Part shown: in pieces, positions 31,115 to 39,179 of the stretch | Position numbering within the stretch: position 1 is the first letter of the stretch | How the letters are laid out: each line of letters starts with the position of its first letter | IMG/VR virus record: IMGVR_UViG_3300014720_000003 | Location: 64,001 to 128,000 of that record | Reading direction: 5' to 3' (one strand) | DNA length: 64,000 bases | Origin: a virus | Position numbers and translations under genes: made by a program | Notes under the pieces: model-generated | Told to the model about the DNA's origin: nothing | Seen by the model: only the letters and a program-made list of their open reading frames with translations | The model's database searches: none

Positions 31115-34100
31115 TTAAATTAAGCAAGCGCCGCCGGCACAACTAATCTCTTCTATTCCAGCAGTATTATCCTCTGTTTCTAATAGTTGTGTATAATCAA
31201 CCTTTTTATAGCTGTCATATAAATCACAATATATTTTCCAGTTATAAACATCCTTCATACAGTAAGTCAATCTCCTTACATCCCCATTAAAATATTTACC
31301 AGCAAAATTCTTCATCTTTGTGGTGAATAATAGCTTTTCCTTAGTGTCGTTTTCTTTAGCTTGATTCATATTCACATAATCACAAGCAGCCCAAAGATTA
31401 TTATCAAAAGCATTTAGTCCAAGTTCTATTAATCCAGAGCACCATAACGCAGCATCTCCGTATTCTTTTACTATTTCTCTGCTTGTGTAAACAGTGGTGA
31501 ACGGTGCTTGAGGGTAATCTTTATCTCCGCTTTGTGGAATTAAACTAATACCAGCAAAATATTTACGATTATCATAAATATATTTTGTTACCTGTTCCCA
31601 TTCATCTGGTTTTACTGTAACAGTATTACTAACATTATGACTAAGATAATCTTGAGTACATAATGATTTATTCTTACCAGAGTGTACCCAATTCTTTTGA
31701 GTATCCTTTACGATAGAGAGCATATCCACAGCGGGAAGTTGATTCTTGGTTTTGGCTCCGTCGGGAACTTCAATTGGAAATTTAACTACCTCATCAGTAT
31801 TATTTGCTGACCAGCGAGATTTTTCGCACGCTTGTGGGTTATAATTCTTAAAGTGCTGGTATGGTGCTTCTAAAACATTAGCCTGCACATGGCGTATATA
31901 GCGTTTAGCGTGATGAGGATGGATGCCAGAACTAGTCCCGAGCATACTGCTGCTTGTGCCCTCTGGTTTTAAACACGTTACTCTAGCAGCTTGATTAATA
32001 CCGAGTTTTTTAGCAAATTCTTTATTGGTTTCTATGGTCATTTTAGCACCAGCCTTTAGAACCTTTTCTGATAAAACTAGATCATATTTTTCCATAGTGC
32101 CAGTTAACGAAACGCCCAATAAAGATTCTCTTTCAAAGATGCGGCAACTAATATCGCCTAGATAATCTAACTTTGTAAAGCCTGCTTGTAATGTTCCTAT
32201 AATCGCAGCAGCTTTACATCTTTCATAAAAATCAGATTCATCCTCTATAGATGAACAATTAATAGTAGATAGATTACACCCTTGCCATCCACTCTTACCG
32301 CTCTCCTCATCAACAGGCCACATACCCACTTCCACACACCTTCGTGATGTTATGCCATTAACTATCATGGTGCGTCTACTATTTTCTGTTAAACAATAAA
32401 CGTCTTGCTTTCCGATGTAAGTTATTTTTTTTACAAATGAACTAAATCTATTCGTTAATCTAAATGTTTGCCTATCTTTAAGAACCTCCTTAATTCTATT
32501 TATGTCTTTTATATGCAAACTAGCAAAACCTATCAAATTATAACAATTATTTTGTCCACCAATAATAAGCCTATAACTAGTTTGTGTAGAATAATATTTA
32601 TTGTTTCTGTCGCCATCTGGCAAAAGCGCTTTACCTGCTTTTCTAGATATATTTATTCTGGCAAATACCCCAAGCTCCTGTAAAATTAATTGTATATCCA
32701 TCAATGCGCTTATGTTAACAGACGATAATCTCATACTTAGAGATTTTGATTTTTCATTATATTCAGAATGCCCATCGGAATAAAGCATTCCAGAAACAAA
32801 TCCAGCTTTAAAGTTTTTAGATGTTTTATGTATAAAACTAATATCGTCTTTGATGGACGGAATTCCTTTTGTGTTTAAATATTTATTTAGAGCGGTACTT
32901 TCTAGGGACCATTTTGGCTTTGATCCATAAATTTTATCTTCTAAACAAGAAAATTTTGGTTCAAGATTTTGATTATATGTCAATAAGTCTTTATCTAATT
33001 GGCTAATGAAGTATTTTACATAGGTTTCGGTTTCTGATATTTGAGACTCTAGTTCCGCCGCCGTACCCCAAAAATTTATTCTGCAAGAACTATATTTAGA
33101 AATAAAACAACCGTCTCCATGAATAAGACCAACTAAATAACCCAATTTAAAATCGTCGCTATTTTTATCAGAAGTATATGGTTCAGAGATTGGGATTAAG
33201 ATTTCATCTTCACTTGTTAGGTCTTTTAATTCCACCATTCCGTGTCTTGTTGCAAAATGATGGTTGCTTGTAGCTTTTACTTTTCTTCCACAAGTCAGTT
33301 CTAACTCATAAACGTCTCTATCAATGCCGGTTTTTCTGGCGTTAGAAGCTGTATTAATAATATTAGCGTTTGGAATATCCATATTAACAGCCCAGTGTTC
33401 CTGACCATCTTGCATATATCCAAATACACGACTGTCTTGCTCTATATCAAATGATTGTGTGTCTAAAAGATCTTTAAATTCAGTCCAGCCATGAGTTGTC
33501 AAAACTTTTGTGTCAATTGTTACGCACGGATTGAAAGTCATCTCTGTAGAATCGCTCCAAATAAATCCAGGTTCACCAAACTCTTTAACACTTTCCATTA
33601 AGGTTTGAAATTCTTCGTATGTGGTAGAATCTTTTAATAAAAGAGCAGAGTTGTTGCTTCGTGCTCTTTGGGGATTTTCCAGATACCAGTTACCAGTTTT
33701 AGCCTTGGCCATTTCTTCATCATCATGACTAAACAACGCTAAACTAGCAGATCGTCTAACCCCACCACTCAACACAGCATCACTACTGTGCATCACTATA
33801 TCATAAGCATCAATTGGTCGTAGTTTCTTTTGACCATTGGATACACAACGATCTAACAATACTCTTATTTTTTCTAATCCTTTAGCAAGAGGTTCGAATC
33901 CTGGGGCTTTTCCAACACCAGAACTAAGATTTGATCCTTGTGGACGAATATTACTATAATCAAATAGTATATGACAATTTTTGTATTGTTTAAATTCTTC
34001 TACTGGTTTACTAAAATAACTACTTAATAAGACTCCTAGAGCATCCGCCCACCCTTCTATGCTATCTTCTATAACATAAACAGTGCCTTTATCCTCTGGA

Positions 34101-34495
34101 GGATTGTGTTCCAGAGTTGGTAATTTGGAAACGTGGTGTTTTTGCACACTAAATCCTGTGCCACTACCACACAATAATAACCAAAAGCATTCTTGAAAAA
34201 ATCGTAATCTATCACAATAGGAACTTGTGCAATTATAGATTTTGGCGTGACGTTTTAGAATTGGTTCGCCACCAAATTGCAATCCTCTTTGTGAGCCAAG
34301 AACTTTTTTCTTATACATCATATCATATGCCCAATCAATATCTGTTGATATTCCTTTGTCGGCATACATAGAGTGCATCATATTTCGCACACGATCAACA
34401 GCTTCTTTCCAAGTTTCTCTGCGATTTTTATCTTCTAACCAACGAGCATATTTACTAACAAATGTATAATTCTGAAGTTCTTGAAGTGCTGACAT
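31115..34495 (-). CDS. nrdJ: class II (B12-dependent) ribonucleotide reductase, intein-containing
   Basis: RRETW.E, YNC, GGVRRSA, RARSNNS, GEPG, NPC|VE, CNL, KPEGT.S, C-terminal CAGGAC. Confidence 0.92.
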   Translation of the reverse strand: MSALQELQNYTFVSKYARWLEDKNRRETWKEAVDRVRNMMHSMYADKGISTDIDWAYDMMYKKKVLGSQRGLQFGGEPILKRHAKIYNCTSSYCDRLRFFQECFWLLLCGSGTGFSVQKHHVSKLPTLEHNPPEDKGTVYVIEDSIEGWADALGVLLSSYFSKPVEEFKQYKNCHILFDYSNIRPQGSNLSSGVGKAPGFEPLAKGLEKIRVLLDRCVSNGQKKLRPIDAYDIVMHSSDAVLSGGVRRSASLALFSHDDEEMAKAKTGNWYLENPQRARSNNSALLLKDSTTYEEFQTLMESVKEFGEPGFIWSDSTEMTFNPCVTIDTKVLTTHGWTEFKDLLDTQSFDIEQDSRVFGYMQDGQEHWAVNMDIPNANIINTASNARKTGIDRDVYELELTCGRKVKATSNHHFATRHGMVELKDLTSEDEILIPISEPYTSDKNSDDFKLGYLVGLIHGDGCFISKYSSCRINFWGTAAELESQISETETYVKYFISQLDKDLLTYNQNLEPKFSCLEDKIYGSKPKWSLESTALNKYLNTKGIPSIKDDISFIHKTSKNFKAGFVSGMLYSDGHSEYNEKSKSLSMRLSSVNISALMDIQLILQELGVFARINISRKAGKALLPDGDRNNKYYSTQTSYRLIIGGQNNCYNLIGFASLHIKDINRIKEVLKDRQTFRLTNRFSSFVKKITYIGKQDVYCLTENSRRTMIVNGITSRRCVEVGMWPVDEESGKSGWQGCNLSTINCSSIEDESDFYERCKAAAIIGTLQAGFTKLDYLGDISCRIFERESLLGVSLTGTMEKYDLVLSEKVLKAGAKMTIETNKEFAKKLGINQAARVTCLKPEGTSSSMLGTSSGIHPHHAKRYIRHVQANVLEAPYQHFKNYNPQACEKSRWSANNTDEVVKFPIEVPDGAKTKNQLPAVDMLSIVKDTQKNWVHSGKNKSLCTQDYLSHNVSNTVTVKPDEWEQVTKYIYDNRKYFAGISLIPQSGDKDYPQAPFTTVYTSREIVKEYGDAALWCSGLIELGLNAFDNNLWAACDYVNMNQAKENDTKEKLLFTTKMKNFAGKYFNGDVRRLTYCMKDVYNWKIYCDLYDSYKKVDYTQLLETEDNTAGIEEISCAGGACLI
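32339..33526 (-). mobile_element. 396-aa intein with dodecapeptide (LAGLIDADG) homing endonuclease; atypical Arg C-terminus
   Basis: Block A CVTIDTKVLT, block B VKATSNH, endonuclease motifs LVGLIHGDG and VSGMLYSDG, block F DVYCLT, block G NGITSRR/C. Removal restores FNPCVEVG. Confidence 0.92.
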
Positions 34496-34496
34496 C

Positions 34497-34637
34497 TTAT
34501 CTCCTATTGAGCATTATTAACGAAAATATCCCCAACACTACAACACTTTCAAATGATTGTTGTTGCATATGGGGGTTCTGAGTTATGAGACTATAAACAT
34601 AAATACCTAATGAAACATAAAACGATATTAATATCAT
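34497..34637 (-). CDS. 46-aa hydrophobic (two-TM) microprotein not in track
   Basis: Manual translation MILISFYVSLGIYVYSLITQNPHMQQQSFESVVVLGIFSLIMLNRR; ATGA overlap, fills the gap before nrdJ. Confidence 0.6.
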   Translation of the reverse strand: MILISFYVSLGIYVYSLITQNPHMQQQSFESVVVLGIFSLIMLNRR

Positions 34638-35104
34638 AATACACCGCACAGTTGTTTCAGCCACGAAAGATCTGGTTCAACATATTCTATTTCTATACCA
34701 CTCATACTAACAAAAGTATCAAATATTTTTTGAGCTTTTTCATCAAAAAGGTGTGTGCCGTGATTGTTTGTCATAACTACTTTTCTAACTCCTTCTTGCC
34801 ATAGGGCCATAATGCAATCGTTACACGATTGACCAGTAACATATGCTATCCCATTTTCTGGTCGTATAGTACAATTAGATAGAGCATTACGTTCAGCGTG
34901 AATCATCCACGGATATTTGTCTGGTCTACTGTTTGGTAATAGGGTATCATCCAAACCGCGAGGAAATCCGTTGTATCCTAATCCTAAAATCCTATTATTA
35001 GAATCTGTGATTACACAACCGTGTTGTGTTTGAACATCATGGCTACGTTGAGAAACAACTTTAGCCAATCCTAAAAAATAATCTGTCCAGATGGGTCTGC
35101 TCAT
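34634..35104 (-). CDS. dCMP deaminase
   Basis: GYNGFPRG, HAERNAL, SCNDC. Confidence 0.93.
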   Translation of the reverse strand: MSRPIWTDYFLGLAKVVSQRSHDVQTQHGCVITDSNNRILGLGYNGFPRGLDDTLLPNSRPDKYPWMIHAERNALSNCTIRPENGIAYVTGQSCNDCIMALWQEGVRKVVMTNNHGTHLFDEKAQKIFDTFVSMSGIEIEYVEPDLSWLKQLCGVL

Positions 35105-35110
35105 AAGAGT

Positions 35111-35138
35111 ATTATATCAGACCACCCGTGTATGTCAA
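35111..35138 (-). promoter_or_regulatory. consensus sigma70 promoter, likely leaderless transcript
   Basis: TTGACA-16nt-TATAAT with TGn extension; ATG begins 7 nt after the -10; no SD. Confidence 0.85.
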
Positions 35139-35139
35139 C

Positions 35140-35388
35140 TCACTTTGTTGTAAGTTTGTTATATAGTACAAGACTTATAACACCACCAGCAACGCCCATG
35201 ATTAGTCCTGCTGGACTCAAACTGTTGTATTGGCCCAGCATATACAATATGGCACCACCCATATAAGATCCGGCTACTCCGAGTGCTACTGTTTTAACAA
35301 AGCCAAAATTCTCTTCGCCAGGAACCAGGGTTTTAGCCACACTACCCACGAAAAAGCCGTATACGGCCCATACTAGAATATTAAACAT
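35140..35388 (-). CDS. GlsB/YeaQ/YmgE (transglycosylase-associated) membrane protein
   Basis: W..G..VG.VAK.LVPG...G...T..LGVAGS..GG; three TM segments. Confidence 0.85.
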   Translation of the reverse strand: MFNILVWAVYGFFVGSVAKTLVPGEENFGFVKTVALGVAGSYMGGAILYMLGQYNSLSPAGLIMGVAGGVISLVLYNKLTTK

Positions 35389-35767
35389 TTGCCGCCTCCA
35401 TTAGTGTTAATGTTTCATCCTCCGTGAGTTTGGTGCCACATTCCAATATGGCGTTCATGATACTAACACCATAGGTATTGTAATCTTCTGGTGTTAATTC
35501 TTTTTTGAGTAATTTTTTAATAGTACGCTTTGTAAACCATCCGCGAGTTAAACTAATATCTTTAATTTCAGCATGATATAGTGAGCATTTTTCTTTTTCG
35601 TCGCCACACATTTTGATTCTGTTCTTGCGACACTGTTGAATAATACGAATGAGTGTTAGTATAATGCTAATTACCATTAGTATTGCTATTATATTACCAA
35701 ACTTTTCTGGAGCGTTTGGAACAGTATTTAAAACTTTTTGTGCTAGTTTTTTGATTTTTTCGTTCAT
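35381..35767 (-). CDS. single-TM hypothetical protein
   Basis: IIAILMVISIILTLI segment. Confidence 0.6.
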   Translation of the reverse strand: MNEKIKKLAQKVLNTVPNAPEKFGNIIAILMVISIILTLIRIIQQCRKNRIKMCGDEKEKCSLYHAEIKDISLTRGWFTKRTIKKLLKKELTPEDYNTYGVSIMNAILECGTKLTEDETLTLMEAANV

Positions 35768-36075
35768 CTTCGGAAGATCCTTGTTTTACAATCTGGCTGA
35801 ATAATCACTGGTGGGTGAGTAATTTCTGATGGAGCGTCACCGTTTTCTGGTTCACAATAACCACACTCTACCTTTTTTATACCATCGCCACTAATATACC
35901 AACCCTTACCCTTACAAACAGGACATTCTTTTCTTTTATATTTCTTTACGTTTTCTGTTTGATGAGATTTGATTATGCTTCCTACTACTGTAACAACACC
36001 TGTGGATGATCCATTATATCCATAGGCTCCGAATATGATGGATGTTAGTAGAACGAAAGCAACAATCTTATTCAT
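35764..36075 (-). CDS. signal-anchored protein with DnaJ-type Zn finger (true start MNKIV at 36075)
   Basis: GGAG RBS before ATG 36075; CPVCKGKG...CGYC. Confidence 0.65.
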   Translation of the reverse strand: MNKIVAFVLLTSIIFGAYGYNGSSTGVVTVVGSIIKSHQTENVKKYKRKECPVCKGKGWYISGDGIKKVECGYCEPENGDAPSEITHPPVIIQPDCKTRIFRR

Positions 36076-36214
36076 TTCGCTTTCTCCATCGTGGTCTTGG
36101 TTTGGGAGTATCATCACCCTTTGGACTTGGACTCCACAATTTAATAATCTTGTATAGAAAATCCAAGAACATTTGAATAGCACGACCTAATGATATTCTA
36201 TCAATGAGTTTCAT
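36068..36214 (-). CDS. 48-aa amphipathic/basic microprotein not in track
   Basis: Manual translation MKLIDRISLGRAIQMFLDFLYKIIKLWSPSPKGDDTPKPRPRWRKRNE; overlaps both neighbours. Confidence 0.65.
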   Translation of the reverse strand: MKLIDRISLGRAIQMFLDFLYKIIKLWSPSPKGDDTPKPRPRWRKRNE

Positions 36215-37137
36215 AAGTATTTCTCGAAATCATAGGATGGAAGTTTTTGAACAGGAAAACCATCAAAATTACTAAAAGCATAACTACCATTTTGAGCCAA
36301 CATTTGACCAGCAACATCGGATCGAATTAAAAATGAGCCGTCTGGAATTGGACCCCATTCTGGATGACCACCATCATTCCACTTACCCCAACTATTTTGC
36401 ACAAGAAACAATGGTTCGCTTCCAGTATCATCACATGCTATCCAAGCCATACAATGAGCCCAACTACCACTAACATTAGTTACACCGTTCTTATCTCGTT
36501 TGTTACTAAAGCCAAAACTAGAGCATACGGCTAATCCATAACCATTAGCCAGAGCGTCTCGTGCTTCATCTACTGTGCGTACCAAACTTACTGTTTTTAT
36601 TTGATGATCATTGGCCAGATCTATTACTTTATCTGGTAATCCTCGACCACCCCAGTTTGTGCCAATAGTACTATTATATTTGGTAAAATCGGCTATTCCC
36701 TTGTAATCTTTACGAACCAGAATGCCACCATTTTTACTCACAAATTCGGCCGCTCTAGCACAACTCATTCCCTGACCACTATGGCCTCTAGCACCATAAA
36801 TAGCTTCTGTTGCGCCTCGTGCTACCCAACCCTCTCTTTGTTTATGAATATCAATCTCTACTGCTCGACTAACATCACACGCATTTCGTGTTCCGTGTGA
36901 AACACAATCTCCAACTGTTTGTCTTTCGTTATAGGGACTCTTATCAAACTTTAACACACTTTTGTACGGAGTACTTAGTTTGCCCTTACCACTATTCTTA
37001 ATCTTTCTTGCTCCATCAGAGAAATAACCATATTTTGAATGTTCTAATAGTTGTTCATAAATATGTTGTTCAAATAAACAACCAGAGAATCCTTTTTTAT
37101 ATAATTGATAAAGATCATTAGGACTAAATTTTGGCAT
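36211..37137 (-). CDS. papain-like (C1A) cysteine peptidase
   Basis: QTVGDCVSH (Gln, Cys), WAHCM (His), VQNSWG (Asn). Confidence 0.85.
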   Translation of the reverse strand: MPKFSPNDLYQLYKKGFSGCLFEQHIYEQLLEHSKYGYFSDGARKIKNSGKGKLSTPYKSVLKFDKSPYNERQTVGDCVSHGTRNACDVSRAVEIDIHKQREGWVARGATEAIYGARGHSGQGMSCARAAEFVSKNGGILVRKDYKGIADFTKYNSTIGTNWGGRGLPDKVIDLANDHQIKTVSLVRTVDEARDALANGYGLAVCSSFGFSNKRDKNGVTNVSGSWAHCMAWIACDDTGSEPLFLVQNSWGKWNDGGHPEWGPIPDGSFLIRSDVAGQMLAQNGSYAFSNFDGFPVQKLPSYDFEKYL

Positions 37138-37675
37138 AATTTTTATTCTTTCTTAAATTATCTATCGCCCATAACGGCTGTAGATTACTATAATGACATA
37201 GCTTTTCTAGTTCTTCTTTTGTTTTTGCAGTAGACAATGGGATTATGTGATCGATATGCCATTCTCCGTAATTATCTAAAGTCATTTTATCATCAAACTT
37301 ATTTATTAAATAATTCATCAGTTCTTGTTGACCACAACCCAATAATTTTTTCGTTGTTTGATCTTTATAAAATCCTAAAAACGCTTTTCTAGTTCTACTC
37401 CTTAAGTTATGCATAATTTTAATGAGTAGATTTGAATCTCTTTTAATTTTGTCTTTAATATTTCTTCTGTTTTTAAATTCAGATGTTTTTTTATAAATCC
37501 TTGTGGCTTCTAATTTTTTTTGAAGATTATTACCGGTCTGTTCCCATTTCTTTCTTCGTATTTTTCTACAGATTTTACAATAATATTCTCTACCGCCAGA
37601 CATGTGTTTATTCTTACTGAAGTCAGTTTGTAGATTTTTTTCTATTTTGCAATCTGGGCAGGTTCTTAACATCAT
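37124..37675 (-). CDS. HNH homing endonuclease-like protein
   Basis: CPDC..EK....F.....YCKIC N-domain; NYGEWHIDHIIP..CHYSNLQPLWA.DN..K. Confidence 0.85.
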   Translation of the reverse strand: MMLRTCPDCKIEKNLQTDFSKNKHMSGGREYYCKICRKIRRKKWEQTGNNLQKKLEATRIYKKTSEFKNRRNIKDKIKRDSNLLIKIMHNLRSRTRKAFLGFYKDQTTKKLLGCGQQELMNYLINKFDDKMTLDNYGEWHIDHIIPLSTAKTKEELEKLCHYSNLQPLWAIDNLRKNKNYAKI

Positions 37676-38169
37676 TTACTCCCTTCGTTACAAGCCCAAG
37701 CAAGAGCCTTAAAACTCTCCACAATTTTTTCTCTTAGATCCTTATCTAGAGGCACATTATCATCTCCAACACCAGCCACAATAACAGCTTGTGCCGACTT
37801 TGCTAAGTCTGGATATTTGCCTTTGATATCCATTCGCAACATTGGTCCAGCAAGACCGTTAGCGTATCTAACCTCATCAGTATTCTTGATGACCATATCT
37901 TCACCATCTAATTCTATTAATCTCGCAATATCCATATATAGATTAGCTAATCTTTTACCATCTTGAGATCGTGATGATGGTCCGCTTTTTAAGGAATCTA
38001 TTACCGGACCACATGCTTCTCGTAATTTGCTATCTGATGGTGGAGTTACCACAACTATTTCATCTACATTAATTCTACCACCACCGCCAATATTGCTAAA
38101 GTCTGGTTTAACAAGACCCACAAAAATTAAAACTGCTGCTAATCCTAATAGTAAAATTTTCTTATTCAT
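37672..38169 (-). CDS. signal-anchored hypothetical protein
   Basis: N-terminal KK plus hydrophobic stretch. Confidence 0.6.
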   Translation of the reverse strand: MNKKILLLGLAAVLIFVGLVKPDFSNIGGGGRINVDEIVVVTPPSDSKLREACGPVIDSLKSGPSSRSQDGKRLANLYMDIARLIELDGEDMVIKNTDEVRYANGLAGPMLRMDIKGKYPDLAKSAQAVIVAGVGDDNVPLDKDLREKIVESFKALAWACNEGSK

Positions 38170-38542
38170 TATTTTGACCCTTGCAAACTGTTGGACTTAG
38201 ATATGGAAACATTTGATCAGCCACCTTTACTGCCTCAACGCAACCGCTTTTCACGGCCAGATCTCGCGTTTGCTTCCAAGATGCTACCAACTGGAAAAAT
38301 ACATCTTCGTTTGTTCCCCTATTAGTGGTTACAACTGGAACAACATTAGGAGCAGAATTTTTTCTAACATCACTCACTAAACCCTTAACCTTGTCCACTA
38401 ATGATAATACCAAATTTTGAACCGGACTTAATTTGTCCTTAAATAGAACCCAAAGGACTAAACCCACACCAGCATATAAAGCCAGATCAATTGGTTTGAC
38501 TGATCTTGAAAATTCCTCGAAACTTTGAGCATAATCTAACAT
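38162..38542 (-). CDS. single-TM hypothetical protein
   Basis: LALYAGVGLVLWVLF. Confidence 0.6.
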   Translation of the reverse strand: MLDYAQSFEEFSRSVKPIDLALYAGVGLVLWVLFKDKLSPVQNLVLSLVDKVKGLVSDVRKNSAPNVVPVVTTNRGTNEDVFFQLVASWKQTRDLAVKSGCVEAVKVADQMFPYLSPTVCKGQNNE

Positions 38543-38925
38543 TATACGTTTCCTTTCTTTAAGAAAACACCAGTTTGTCTAAAAATAGTTACCATAGCAT
38601 CTATTGAGGATGATACCATAATCATCAGAATAGATTTGATATACCTATGTATAATAGGTTCTATGAGATTTGGAACAAGAGGAATATCCACGATTAAAAA
38701 AACTTTATCGTAGAAAGTGTTAATATATTCTATTGCTAGTTGTTTTTTCTCTGATCCACTAAGATTATCCGCAACAGTCTCTATAATCTGAACCGTGCTA
38801 GCGGTTACTAATTGTAGAGCTTTCCACGCTTCACTTAGTGCTACGCTTTTTAGGTTGGTTAACGACTTTTTTAGTTCTTGGTGAAGTTTTTCGGCTTGTT
38901 CTAGAACTAGTTCTCGTGGATTCAT
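38542..38925 (-). CDS. helical hypothetical protein
   Basis: LSGSEKKQLA..DIPLVP motif. Confidence 0.55.
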   Translation of the reverse strand: MNPRELVLEQAEKLHQELKKSLTNLKSVALSEAWKALQLVTASTVQIIETVADNLSGSEKKQLAIEYINTFYDKVFLIVDIPLVPNLIEPIIHRYIKSILMIMVSSSIDAMVTIFRQTGVFLKKGNV

Positions 38926-39163
38926 TTTTTTTCTTCTCCTCTTGTGCTATTTTTTTAACTTCGTTTCTGCCTCTTATATATCTAGCCAATATCCAAACCT
39001 GACCACCAATTAGTATTACACTTTCCACAGCATGAGATACTACTGTGATTAATTCTTCTTTTTGTTCATTCTCTGTTAAAATACCAGTTAAATATAGTCC
39101 GCTAAATATGAAGCTTACTACCGTAAACCAAAATTCGCTTGTTTTATAGCCTGATTTGATCAT
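38831..39163 (-). CDS. holin-like two-TM protein
   Basis: KSGYKTSEFW N-terminus, two hydrophobic segments, YIRGR, very basic C-tail. Confidence 0.5.
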   Translation of the reverse strand: MIKSGYKTSEFWFTVVSFIFSGLYLTGILTENEQKEELITVVSHAVESVILIGGQVWILARYIRGRNEVKKIAQEEKKKNESTRTSSRTSRKTSPRTKKVVNQPKKRSTK

Positions 39164-39179
39164 AATAAATTACTCACTA

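Noticed and set aside
36076-36183. N-terminal extension of the 139-aa track ORF
   Set aside because: Better explained by a separate 48-aa ORF plus an RBS-preceded ATG at 36075.
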